Source of the DNA: Thermodesulfobacteriota bacterium
GTDB taxonomy: Bacteria; Desulfobacterota; Binatia; Bin18
NCBI GenBank assembly: GCA_964291405.2
Contig: OZ219926.1
Span: 2,752,001 to 2,816,000, forward strand
Reading direction: 5' to 3'
DNA: 64,000 nt
A program made the position numbers and the translations under genes. The notes under the pieces were generated by a model. That model was given only the letters and a program-made list of their open reading frames with translations. It had not been told where the DNA came from and did not search any database. Shown in pieces: positions 49,546 to 59,526 of the stretch. Position 1 is the first letter of the stretch. Each line of letters opens with the position of its first letter.

Positions 49546-49723
49546 GTCATGCTGGACGTGATCCGGCATCCATGCTTCGACTCCGCCCTTTGGGCTACGC
49601 TCAGCACAAACGGCCTCGTGTTCGTCCTGAGCCTGTCCTGAGTCTTCACGAAGGGCGTAGTGAAGCGAAGTCGAAGGACCTGCCCCTGTTTTCACAGGGG
49701 TGACGTTTTTTCGCCGGAATGAC
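49546..49723. repeat. nested composite palindromic repeat
   Basis: GTCATGCTGGACGTGATCCGGCATCC, CTTCGACT..GCTCAG, GTCCTGAGC..GTCGAAGGAC and CCCCTGTTTTCACAGGGGTGAC modules. Confidence 0.75.
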
Positions 49724-49779
49724 GTTGCTGGTGGATATACCGCAGCGTAAAATGCTCCAGCCGTGTAGATTGCCCCCGT

Positions 49780-52700
49780 CTAATCCCCGAATGCTTTCTC
49801 TTCTTTTATTTGGGCCGGGACCGGAGGCGGCATTGGGTCGGGGACCGGAGGCGATGCTTGCACCGGCCTCCGGCGAAAAAGCCGGCGCGGCAGGTTTCTC
49901 AAGGCCGGAACCGTGCGGCCCAGCCATGCCTCAATGTCATCGAATAAGGAATAGGCGACGGGAGTTACCAATAAGGTGATCAATAAGCACAAACTCTGTC
50001 CGCCAATGACCACGACCGCAATGCCCCGATGACTTTCCGCAGCCGGACCCTGGCCGATCAGAATCGGGACCATGCCGGCCACAAGGGCCAGGGTCGTCAT
50101 CAGAATCGGGCGCAGGCGTTCCTTGTTGGCCTGCAAAATGGCTTCGTCGCGCGGCAGGCCTGCGGCCCGTAAATTGATCGTATGGTCAATTTGCAGGATC
50201 GAGTTTTTCTTGACAATCCCGAATAACAATAGCATGCCCAGAATCGCGAACAACGCCAAATGCTGGCCCGCGATGTACAGCGCCAACAGGGCAAAGGGCA
50301 CGGCCAGGGGCAGGGACAGCATAATGGTAATGGGGTGCAGAAAACTCTCAAACTGCGCCGCCAGGACCATATACATGCCAATAATGGACAACAGAAAAGC
50401 AATCTGAAAACTTTCCATCATCTCTTCAAACATCTTGCCCATGCCGGTCACCCCAGTGGTATAGCCCAGCGGCAGGCCCATTTCCTCGACCTCGGCATCA
50501 ATGTCGGCAATCGCGTCGCCGAGCGCCTTGTCTTTGGCCAGATTGCCGGTAATCGTAATCTGGCGCTGCCGGTCCTGGCGGTCAATTTGCACCGGGCCGG
50601 TGCCGGGAACCATATTGACCACATTGTTGAGTATGACCTGCCCGACCGACGCCGACGGAACCGCGACCTGTTGAATCACCTCCGGCCGATTCCGACTCTC
50701 AGGCGTCAGGCGCAGGCGCACATCGTATAACTCATCGCCTTCGCGATAGGTCGTAATTTTTTCACCCGCGATCATAATACGCAGGGTCGACGCAATATCA
50801 GCCGCCTCAATGCCGAGATCGGAAGATTTCCGTCGGTTGAGATGGACTTGGAGTTCAGGGTTCCCGCCCTCGAAGGTCGAGTCCACATCTCGCAGACCCG
50901 GCATGTTCTGGGCGCGGGTTTTCAAATCTTCGGAATACTGTTGGAGCGTTTCCAGGTCCGGACCGCGCAAGTTGTATGAGACATCCACATTCTGGATACC
51001 CCCACCACTGACCGGCAGAATCTGGTCTACGCTGATCCTGAGATTGGGGAATCCCTGAACCTTCTCGCGGGCCAAATCCATGACCTGACTCTGGTGAAGG
51101 TCCCGCTCGGAGTAATGCTTGAGGGTGACGACAATTTTTGACTTTGTTACCGACTCACCCACGGTTGAGCCAATCTCGGTCAGCAGGTGGTTGACACCCG
51201 GAAGGGGATGAATCTCCTCTTCAATCTGGCGTGTCACGGCGTCGGTTTGCGCCAGCGAATAGCCGGGTGGTGTCTTGATATTGATTTCAAACTCCCCCCG
51301 GTCGTCACTGGCCATCAGGCTGGGGCGGACCAGACCCGCAATAAAAGGGGTGGACACAAACACGCCCAGCGTGAGGCACACAATCGCCCAGCGATGACGC
51401 ATCGACCACTTCAGCATGGCGGTATAGGAACGATCGATGAGCCGGTAGAAGCGTGACTCGCGCGAAGAATGGGCGTGGTCGGCCACATGCTCGTCGAGAT
51501 GTTTGGGCAGAAAGCGCGAGCACAGCATGGGGGTGAGGGTAAAGGCGACCAGCAGGGAGACCATGATCGCAAACGCCATGGTAAACCCGAAGCTGCTCAG
51601 CCACATGCCGACGATCCCCTTGAGAAAGCCGACCGGAATGAAGATCACAACCAGCGACAGGGTGGTGGCGCTGACGGCCAGGCCCACCTCGGCTGTGGCG
51701 GCGCGCGCGGCTTCAAAGGCGTTCATGCCCTTTTCTTCGATGTAGCGATAAATGTTTTCCAGCACGACAATCGCGTCATCAATGACAATGCCGACGGCCA
51801 GGGTGAGCCCCAGCAGGGTGATGCGATTGAGGGAATAGCCGGCCGCGGCCAAAAGCGTATAGGTCGAGATGATGGACACCGGAATCGCAACCGCGGCAAT
51901 CAGTGTCGAGCGCAGATTGCCGAGAAAGAAGTACACGATGATACTGGCAAACAGCGAGCCCAGGATGAGATGCTGCTGGACCTCGTGCACGGAGGCTTTG
52001 ACGAAATCTGACTGATCGCGGGTAACGAGCGCTTCGACCCCCGGCGGGAGGAGCTGCCGAACCTCAACCAGACGCTCCTGAACCGCCTCGACTGCGGCCA
52101 CCGTGTTCGAGCCGGACTGTTTACGAATGATAAGCGACACGGCGTTCTTGCCGTCGTACCGGGACAATGAGCGCGGCTCTTCCACGCCGTCTTCGACCCG
52201 GCCAATATCGGCCAGGGTAATAGGTACGCCGTCATTGGTGGCGACCACGATATCCTCGAACTCACGGACCGATTTGACCCGTCCGAGCGTGCGCAAAACG
52301 GTCTCTCCGCTCTCTTGGGTAATACGTCCGCCCGGAAATTCGACGTTTTGCTTGGCCAGGGCCTGTGCAACGGTTCGGATAGCCAGCCCGTATGCCTTCA
52401 GTCGGTCGGGATCAATCAAAATCTGAATTTCCCGTTTCCGACCGCCTAATACATCAATGGCGCCGACTCCGGTCACCGACTCCAGGGGTTCTTTGACCTG
52501 ATTCTCTGCGATTTCGGTCAGCTCCTTCAGACCGCGAAAGCCTGAGACGGTAACGGTGGCAATCGGGGTGGCGTCAATGTCGAACTTCTCGACAATCGGC
52601 GGGTCTGCATCTTCGGGCAGGTCAGCCAGGACCGTGCCCACCTTGTCGCGGACTTCTTGGGCGGCAATGCCAAGGTCTTTCTCCAGAACGAACTGCACAA

Positions 52701-52974
52701 TAATTTGGGATAACCCTTCACGGGTGACCGACCGGAGCTCATCAATTCCACTGACCGTATTGATGGCTTCCTCAATGATCTTGGTCACCTGGGCCTCAAT
52801 CTCTTCCGGTCCGGCACCGGGCAGGGTGGTTGTCACCGTCACAACCGGCATTTCGACCTTAGGCATCAACTCCAAGGTGAGGCTGTTGTAGGAAAACCAG
52901 CCGGCCACCACGAGCACCCCAACCAGCATGGTGGCAAAGACGGGTCGGCGAACACACACGTCGGCAAGAATCAT
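49780..52974 (-). CDS. RND efflux permease (AcrB family)
   Basis: RRPVFA, GIVIDDAIVVLENI, GIVKKNSIL, RLRPILMTT. Confidence 0.95.
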   Translation of the reverse strand: MILADVCVRRPVFATMLVGVLVVAGWFSYNSLTLELMPKVEMPVVTVTTTLPGAGPEEIEAQVTKIIEEAINTVSGIDELRSVTREGLSQIIVQFVLEKDLGIAAQEVRDKVGTVLADLPEDADPPIVEKFDIDATPIATVTVSGFRGLKELTEIAENQVKEPLESVTGVGAIDVLGGRKREIQILIDPDRLKAYGLAIRTVAQALAKQNVEFPGGRITQESGETVLRTLGRVKSVREFEDIVVATNDGVPITLADIGRVEDGVEEPRSLSRYDGKNAVSLIIRKQSGSNTVAAVEAVQERLVEVRQLLPPGVEALVTRDQSDFVKASVHEVQQHLILGSLFASIIVYFFLGNLRSTLIAAVAIPVSIISTYTLLAAAGYSLNRITLLGLTLAVGIVIDDAIVVLENIYRYIEEKGMNAFEAARAATAEVGLAVSATTLSLVVIFIPVGFLKGIVGMWLSSFGFTMAFAIMVSLLVAFTLTPMLCSRFLPKHLDEHVADHAHSSRESRFYRLIDRSYTAMLKWSMRHRWAIVCLTLGVFVSTPFIAGLVRPSLMASDDRGEFEINIKTPPGYSLAQTDAVTRQIEEEIHPLPGVNHLLTEIGSTVGESVTKSKIVVTLKHYSERDLHQSQVMDLAREKVQGFPNLRISVDQILPVSGGGIQNVDVSYNLRGPDLETLQQYSEDLKTRAQNMPGLRDVDSTFEGGNPELQVHLNRRKSSDLGIEAADIASTLRIMIAGEKITTYREGDELYDVRLRLTPESRNRPEVIQQVAVPSASVGQVILNNVVNMVPGTGPVQIDRQDRQRQITITGNLAKDKALGDAIADIDAEVEEMGLPLGYTTGVTGMGKMFEEMMESFQIAFLLSIIGMYMVLAAQFESFLHPITIMLSLPLAVPFALLALYIAGQHLALFAILGMLLLFGIVKKNSILQIDHTINLRAAGLPRDEAILQANKERLRPILMTTLALVAGMVPILIGQGPAAESHRGIAVVVIGGQSLCLLITLLVTPVAYSLFDDIEAWLGRTVPALRNLPRRLFRRRPVQASPPVPDPMPPPVPAQIKEEKAFGD

Positions 52975-52990
52975 ACGCTCTCCACAGGGC

Positions 52991-54148
52991 TTACTGGGAT
53001 TGGGATAAGGAGTCTATTGAGTCGGTTGAGTCCAAAGACCCAACGACTTCCTGGGTTTGCACGGTCATGCCGTCGGCCAGACGGTTGAGGGCGCTGACGG
53101 CGACCGTTTCTCCTTCAGCAAGTCCTTTGGCAATTTCTATCCAGTCCCCGTCCTCCATGCCGGAGGTGACCTCACGCGAGGTGATGACGTTATCCTCAAC
53201 GATAAAGATGCGCTCAACCCCGGCAAAACGCGCCAGGCCGGTGCGTGGAATAAAGAGGGCGTCTTCTTCGCCGAGCACGCCGGTAATACGCGCAAAATAG
53301 CCGGGACGGAGTTTCCCATCGGGATTGGGGATCTCGGCTTCAATTAGCAGGGAGCGCGTCCTGTGGTCCACCCGGGCGGCCATGCGGGTTAGGATTCCTT
53401 CAAATATCTGTCCAGGCAGCGCCTCGACTTCAACTCGGAGCGGCATGCCCGTCTCGGCCACCGCGGCAAAGCGTTCCGGCACAGGGGAACGCAGCTTGAG
53501 CGGGTTGACCACGACCAATTCAAGCAGGGATGATGCCGCCTCCTTGTACTCACCGGGATTGATAAAGCGTTCCTGGACAAAACCGTTGACTGGCGAAACA
53601 ATCCGGGTATCGCGCAGGCGTTTGCGCGCCAGAGCCAGGATCTTTTCCGCGGTACGGACCCGCGCCTCCATCACTTTATAGTCGGCCTCATTGGTATCCA
53701 GCCGTTGCTCGGGAATCAGGTTTTCCGCGGCCAACTCCTTGGCGCGGGTATATTCGGCCTGGGCGCGGATGAAGTTGGCTTCCGCCTGTTTGAGTGCGCT
53801 TTCCTGGACTTCAACCTCCAGGGCAAGCTCTTCCTGCTCCATCTCGGCCAGGAGCTGGCCCTTTTTTATTTTGTCACCAAAGTCAACATACACTTGCTGG
53901 ACGTAGCCCTCCTGCTTATTCGACAGAATGATGCTCTCTTTGGCGAATAACGCCCCCTGTCCCCGGCCGGTTCGCACTACGGTGCGTACGACTGGCTGGG
54001 CTACCTGAACGGTGAGAGGCGGGGGAGGGGCAGCAGCGGCTTGGTCTTGCGCTTTGGCCGCCTCCGAACTGGACGATTGACAACTCGGAAAGACGAGCAG
54101 GACCAACACCATATACACTTGGCCAAGAGGGAATAAGAAGGATTTCAC
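52991..54148 (-). CDS. RND membrane fusion protein (probable lipoprotein)
   Basis: PSC lipobox-like motif, GDKIKKGQLL, IVSPVNG, LRPGYF, GLAEGE. Confidence 0.92.
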   Translation of the reverse strand: MKSFLFPLGQVYMVLVLLVFPSCQSSSSEAAKAQDQAAAAPPPPLTVQVAQPVVRTVVRTGRGQGALFAKESIILSNKQEGYVQQVYVDFGDKIKKGQLLAEMEQEELALEVEVQESALKQAEANFIRAQAEYTRAKELAAENLIPEQRLDTNEADYKVMEARVRTAEKILALARKRLRDTRIVSPVNGFVQERFINPGEYKEAASSLLELVVVNPLKLRSPVPERFAAVAETGMPLRVEVEALPGQIFEGILTRMAARVDHRTRSLLIEAEIPNPDGKLRPGYFARITGVLGEEDALFIPRTGLARFAGVERIFIVEDNVITSREVTSGMEDGDWIEIAKGLAEGETVAVSALNRLADGMTVQTQEVVGSLDSTDSIDSLSQSQ

Positions 54149-54795
54149 GATACTGGCTCCTCATGGTTCTGATGCTGATTCAGAACTCCGTTGAAAAACA
54201 AATCGAGCAAAATACCCGCGTCTTCGGTGGCTGGACGCGCCGTCAGCCCCAATGCCCGTTGCTGAAAGCAGCCACGAATCGCCTCGTTGAGGACAAAGGC
54301 CGAGGCTTCGACATTATGGGGCCGGAACACGCCCACGCGAACGCCGTCCTGGATGATTTCTTCGATAAAACGGATATGGGTCAGATACAGGTCGAGCATA
54401 TGCGCCGCTTCCGGATGATTGGGTGAAGCGGCCAGAAAGTTCCGCTCCAGCAGCAGGGTCTTGAAAAAATCGCGATAGGTATCGCTCAGTTCAAGGCTGA
54501 CTTCAATCAGACGTTGGAGCTTTTCAATCGGAGTCAGCGCCTGGGCGACTTGCGTGCGTACCTGACCGGTGAAATTCTGCATTCCTTGCTCAACAGCAGC
54601 GGTGAAGAGTTCATCCTTGTTCTGGAAATACAGATAGACGGTCCCCTTGGCGATCTCCGCCTCCTCAGCAACGCGCTCAACCGTGGCCCCCTGAAACCCG
54701 TGGCTCGCCACCACCCGGCACGTAGCATCCAGAATTTCGCGGATTCGAAACTCGCGGAGTACGTCTTCTTTTCTTGTGGCTGAACTTTTAGTCAT
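54145..54795 (-). CDS. TetR/AcrR family regulator
   Basis: ILDATC...VAEEAEIAKGTVYLYFQNKDEL. Confidence 0.93.
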   Translation of the reverse strand: MTKSSATRKEDVLREFRIREILDATCRVVASHGFQGATVERVAEEAEIAKGTVYLYFQNKDELFTAAVEQGMQNFTGQVRTQVAQALTPIEKLQRLIEVSLELSDTYRDFFKTLLLERNFLAASPNHPEAAHMLDLYLTHIRFIEEIIQDGVRVGVFRPHNVEASAFVLNEAIRGCFQQRALGLTARPATEDAGILLDLFFNGVLNQHQNHEEPVS

Positions 54796-54798
54796 ATG

Positions 54799-54816
54799 AC
54801 TGACTATACAGTCAGT
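54799..54816. promoter_or_regulatory. probable TetR operator
   Basis: ACTGACT-ATAC-AGTCAGT inverted repeat just upstream of the tetR start. Confidence 0.7.
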
Positions 54817-54852
54817 ATATGCAAAATGCAAGACATGTCAGAGCGTCGGTCT

Positions 54853-55989
54853 TTATTCCCTTATCTTCCGGGGGTTTCTCGAGAAAATAAAATAACTGGT
54901 CGAACTATCAGGATGCTGATTATTGCATTCCTGGTTGAACAGGGAACCGCTGGCAACGCCGTGTGCGATACTATGCCGGGAAATGTCGATTTCTGATGTG
55001 TCAGGATGGAAGTCTGCAAAGTAGACATCACGAAGATAAGTGTTAAAGCGGTGAGGTAGGAGCAGGCATTTCCCCTTTTCAATTTTTGCGGCCACAGCTA
55101 AATGGGCCAAGCTGTCCGTCTCGGAAGGTTGCTCGGCTATACCAAGGCTAGTGTGATGAGTACGTAAGATTCCTTCGATGCGAGGAAACTAATGCCGTAC
55201 AACTCACAGGATCATCGTTTTTCGCTCAGCAGCGTGTTCAAGGATTTTTAGGTGTTCCGCAACGATCCAGGGGTGGGTACACCAACTATTCATTTGCGGG
55301 ATACGCCCTTTGACTCTTCGGAGATAATGTCATTAAGCTCCTCATCTGGATTCCAACCGGAACGGACACGGCTTATCAAAGTGTTGATCGTTTCATTCCG
55401 AAGGCTGCAAACGGAAACCATTTCGCCGCAAACAACGCATCCCATTCAGAGGCAGATATACTAAATCGTTCCTGAAAAAGAATATGGTAAGCTTGTCCCA
55501 AGACGGAGGAGATATCATACTGGCGCCGCTGGGGGCTTGGTCTAGAGATAGGACCAAAATCATAGAAAAGCCCCTTTCTCCAGCCCACGGAGAAAAGGAA
55601 GTAGAAAGCCAGCATCTCAGGTATCCATACTCCAAGATCGAGGCGCTCCTCATCAGCTATATCGTCTTTCGTGACGCCTGCCCCGGCTCCAACTGGGCGC
55701 CTGCGCGAATTCCGGCTCGTAGCGCTAGTTCGTTGATATAAACGGTTGCTTTGCCATTACGATTAGCAAATAGCAAGCAGGTGATCCACTTGCGATGGGG
55801 GGATCGGATCTGGCAATTTTTGGAGGATAGTGCTTGGAATGCCCTCAAGTCGCTTGATGAAAGGTTGCCCATCTTCCGAGATGTAAATTCGCGAAAAGCA
55901 ACCTTAACGTTCTCCCCAGTACGCCCAGCTTCAAGGGCATAGCCAGCAGGCGGTTCAAGAATAATTTCGACTGGCATCTCCACCTCCAC
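54853..55989 (-). pseudogene. frameshifted HEPN-like protein
   Basis: Collinear fragments in several frames (EPPAGY..., ATVYINEL, GWRKGLFYDFGP, YLRDVYFADF, SRHSIAHG RxxxxH motif); more AT-rich. Confidence 0.6.
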
Positions 55990-56164
55990 GAACGAAGAGA
56001 AGGCCCTTCACTCGCAGCTCACCAGAAATGAGCTTGGGTAGTCGGGTAGTAAGGCATCCCGCAGAGCGGCGAGGTAGCGGGACTCCGTTGCGTTCCACTG
56101 AGCCAACGTGCCAAGGATGTTTTTGCAAGGAAATATCAGTTCGCTGGTCTCACCGCCGGCTGTA

Positions 56165-56953
56165 CTATTTCCCCTGGAATTGGGGGCGGCGTTTTTCCAT
56201 GAAGGCTTTCACCCCTTCTTGATAGTCCTCGCTCCCAAAGCAACGGGTGGACCAGGACTTGATGGCGTCCATGTCGCGCAGGGTTGCCGCTTTGGCACTT
56301 TCCCGGACGAAAAACTTGTGAGCCGCTACGCTTAAGGGGGCGTTGTCAGCCATCTTGAGCGCGTATTCGCGGGTATAGGAGTCAAGCTCGGCTTTGGGCA
56401 GGACGCGATTGACCAAGCCCATATGGGCCGCTTCTTCCGCGTTATAGACCCGTGCGGTCATCAGAATCTCAGCAGCGTTGGAGACCCCAACAATATGGAC
56501 GAGCCGCTCAACCCCCCGCTCAACCGGATAGGCAATGCCCAAACGCGCCGCCGGAATCCCAAAGCGGGCATCATCGGCACACAGCCGCAGGTCGCACATG
56601 ACGGCCACCGAACACCCGCCGCCCATGCAGAAGCCATGAATCATAGTAATGACCGGTTTTTCTAAGCCGGCGAGCGATTTCAGCGCGCCGGCTACAGCCT
56701 GGTCATAGCCCCGCGTCGCCTCAGCCCCGGAGCGGACCTTGCCGAACTGCGAGATATCGGCGCCTGAGACAAAGGCTTCCTCGCCTGCCCCACGCAGGAT
56801 GAGCACGCGCAGGTCATCGTCTGCCGCGACCTCGGCAACGAGCTGCGGCAGGGTAAGCCACATGTCCAGGTCAACCGCGTTCCGGCGCTCGGGCTTATTG
56901 AAAACAATCCAGGCTAACGGGGCTTCTTTTTGCAGAAGGAGGGTGTCTGACAT
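56165..56953 (-). CDS. enoyl-CoA hydratase/isomerase
   Basis: NKPERRNA, AFVSGADISQF, GFCMGGG, EGVKAFMEKRRPQFQG. Confidence 0.92.
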   Translation of the reverse strand: MSDTLLLQKEAPLAWIVFNKPERRNAVDLDMWLTLPQLVAEVAADDDLRVLILRGAGEEAFVSGADISQFGKVRSGAEATRGYDQAVAGALKSLAGLEKPVITMIHGFCMGGGCSVAVMCDLRLCADDARFGIPAARLGIAYPVERGVERLVHIVGVSNAAEILMTARVYNAEEAAHMGLVNRVLPKAELDSYTREYALKMADNAPLSVAAHKFFVRESAKAATLRDMDAIKSWSTRCFGSEDYQEGVKAFMEKRRPQFQGK

Positions 56954-57229
56954 GGTGAACTCCTGTTTTGTCTTTTGCACGCTTGCGTCCGCCCACCATA
57001 CCGCTCTCGCTGGGGTATTGTCCATCGCTGTGTCTCTTCGCCCGCCCTCACCTGGAATGTCAAGCTGTCTGGTATTCCTTTCCTATCCGGTGTATCATGA
57101 CAAAAATAAAGAACCGGCTCTCGGTGCGACCTTTCTCTCGCATGGATCTTCTTCCAGAAACTTCACACGACCCTCTGCCGGAGTGACACACGATATAAAG
57201 TCGCGACGGCAGGAAAGACGGGGGACAAT

Positions 57230-58294
57230 ATGGCAGATGGATGGCAAAACCAAGGAGGCTCTTCTCCCGGCGACGAACTTCTCCAGGGTCTTGAGGACCT
57301 CAAACGGACGTTCCAACGTTTTACCAAAGGAGCCGGAGTCTGGCTGATCATCGCGGTCGTCGCCCTCCTGTGGATCGGCTCGGGATTCTATGTCGTCGGT
57401 CCGAGCGAACGGGGCATTGTGCTGCGCTTTGGGGAGGTTGTGGCGGAAACTGACCCTGGCTTACGCTTTCATCTACCCTGGCCCGTTGAAAGGCATGTGG
57501 TGGTTGATATCGCCCGCGTTCGGAGCGCTCAGGTCGGCTATCGTCCGTCAGGGGTGCCTGGGCGTAGCGGCAGAGGCAGTGGCCGCACCATTCCGCAGGA
57601 AGCCCTGATGCTGACCGGTGACGAAAATATCGTTGAAGTCAACCTGGTGGTGCAGTATCGCATTCAAGATCCGGTCAGATATCTTTTTGGCGCGTTTGAG
57701 CCCGAAGGTATGTTGCATTCCTCGGCAGAGGTCGCGCTGCGCAGTGCGGTTGGCGGAAACACGATTGATTACACGATGACGGACGGACGGCTTGAGGTCC
57801 AGGAGCAAGCGAAAAGGGCACTCCAGAGCCTGCTCGATATCTATCAAACTGGCCTGTTCGTCACCGAGGCCCGCCTGCTCGCGGTTGATCCTCCCAACGA
57901 AGTCCGGGACGCCTTCAACGATGTGGTCCGGGCCTTGGAGGACCGGGACCGGCTCCGCCAGGAGGCCGAAGGCTATCAGGAGGACGTGGTGCCGAAGGCG
58001 CGTGGTGAGGCCGCCCAAATGGTCCAGCAAGCCGAGGCGTATAAGGCCCAGCGGGTCATCCGTTCCCAGGGTGACGCCGAGCGTTTTCTCCAGATCCTGG
58101 CCGAGTATGAGAAAGCCAAGTCGGTGACACGCGACCGGCTCTATCTTGAGAGTGTTGAGCGGATTATGCCGACCATGGAAAAGTTCATCCTCGATTCACA
58201 AAACGGCGGTGGGGTTGTACCCTTATTACCGCTGAAAGAGCTGAGCGCCGGCGAGACCGCAGCCGGGGCCGCAGCGAGTCAGGAGGGGAGATAA
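57230..58294 (+). CDS. hflK: FtsH protease modulator HflK
   Basis: MLTGDENIV, PPNEVRDAFNDV, PKARGEA, RLYLE. Confidence 0.95.
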   Translation: MADGWQNQGGSSPGDELLQGLEDLKRTFQRFTKGAGVWLIIAVVALLWIGSGFYVVGPSERGIVLRFGEVVAETDPGLRFHLPWPVERHVVVDIARVRSAQVGYRPSGVPGRSGRGSGRTIPQEALMLTGDENIVEVNLVVQYRIQDPVRYLFGAFEPEGMLHSSAEVALRSAVGGNTIDYTMTDGRLEVQEQAKRALQSLLDIYQTGLFVTEARLLAVDPPNEVRDAFNDVVRALEDRDRLRQEAEGYQEDVVPKARGEAAQMVQQAEAYKAQRVIRSQGDAERFLQILAEYEKAKSVTRDRLYLESVERIMPTMEKFILDSQNGGGVVPLLPLKELSAGETAAGAAASQEGR

Positions 58295-59167
58295 ATGGTA
58301 CCGCGCTTAGTTATCGGGCTGGGCTTAGTCCTGGTCTTTGTCGCCGCCCAGGCGGCGTTCACGATTGGTGAGTGGGAGCAAGGGATGGTGGTGCAGTTCG
58401 GTAATCCGAAACGTATCATTCAGGAGCCCGGCCTCTACTTTAAGCTGCCAGTAGCGCAAAATCTGGTCCGCTTTGAAAAACGGGTCCTGACAACCGATGC
58501 CCGTGAGTCCGAATATATTACGCTCGACAAGAAGCGTGTCCTGGTGGACCACGTCTCGCGTTGGCGTATCGACGATCCCCTCCAATTCTACCGGAGCGTC
58601 CGCGACCGCATTCGGGCCATGGCCCGGCTGGACGACATTATTTCGGCCCGCCTCCGACAAGAAATCGCCACGCATAATTTTCTCGATCTTATTCGTGAAA
58701 AGCGTGAAGATATTATGGCTATCGTGACCAAAGATACCCGAGAGACGGCCAAGAGCTTTGGTATCGAAGTGACCGACGTTCGGATCAAACGGCTCGACCT
58801 GCCCGAAGAAGTCCAGGCCAGCGTGTTTGCCCGGATGCGGGCGGAGCGCGAACGGATTGCCAAGCGCTACCGGGCGGAAGGGGAAGAGCAAGCGCAGCAT
58901 ATCCGGGCCGGTGCCGACCGGGAGCGTGAGGTCATCCTGGCCACTGCGTATGAGTCGAGCGAAAAGCTCAAAGGTGAGGGTGATGCCGAGGCCACGAGCA
59001 TTTATGCCAACGCGTTCGGCAAAGACGCCGAGTTCTATGCTTTCACACGACGGCTCCAGGCCTATGAGAAAATCCTGAGTAATGACACCACGCTGCTCCT
59101 GAACCCGGACTCCGAACTCCTGAACTACTTGCAGAGTCCGGGCAGCAGTCCACCAGCCAGCGAATAG
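58295..59167 (+). CDS. hflC: FtsH protease modulator HflC
   Basis: EPGLYFKLP, DVRIKRLDLP, RMRAERERIA, EFYAFTR. Confidence 0.95.
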   Translation: MVPRLVIGLGLVLVFVAAQAAFTIGEWEQGMVVQFGNPKRIIQEPGLYFKLPVAQNLVRFEKRVLTTDARESEYITLDKKRVLVDHVSRWRIDDPLQFYRSVRDRIRAMARLDDIISARLRQEIATHNFLDLIREKREDIMAIVTKDTRETAKSFGIEVTDVRIKRLDLPEEVQASVFARMRAERERIAKRYRAEGEEQAQHIRAGADREREVILATAYESSEKLKGEGDAEATSIYANAFGKDAEFYAFTRRLQAYEKILSNDTTLLLNPDSELLNYLQSPGSSPPASE

Positions 59168-59173
59168 TCGAGT

Positions 59174-59434
59174 ATGCCTGGACTCGTTCGCCTGCTGCTC
59201 CTGCTTGCAGTGGGCTACCTGATTATTGCGGGTATTCGTCGTCTCTTCTTGCCCGCTACTTCCGACCCAACGAAGCGGCAGGCAAACGCTTCGGGTCCAG
59301 AGAGCGTGCCCTTAGTCCAGGACCCCCAGTGCGGGCGTTTTATTCCGCAGAACGAAGCAATTCAGGTCTCGCGGCGTGGCCGGACCGTCTACTTCTGTAG
59401 TCAGGAGTGTCGCGCCGCGTATCGGGCGGCATGA
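59174..59434 (+). CDS. small membrane-anchored TRASH/YHS domain protein
   Basis: TM helix followed by DPQCG...YFCSQEC. Confidence 0.8.
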   Translation: MPGLVRLLLLLAVGYLIIAGIRRLFLPATSDPTKRQANASGPESVPLVQDPQCGRFIPQNEAIQVSRRGRTVYFCSQECRAAYRAA

Positions 59435-59526
59435 GTGTATAGGGTCTTTAGAGTGTATAGGGTCTTTGGAGTCTTTAGAGTCAAGACTCAATGACTCAAC
59501 AGACCCAACGACCCAACAGACTCAAC
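59434..59526. repeat. degenerate short (about 9-mer) tandem/inverted repeat tract
   Basis: (GAGTGTATAGGGTCTTT)x2 followed by GACTCAA/GACCCAA units. Confidence 0.65.

Noticed and set aside
59345-59358. CC-GCAGAACGAAGC resembling the putative 23-nt guide at 16236-16258
   Set aside because: Needs a gap in the seed, lies within an unrelated CDS, and is of chance-level length
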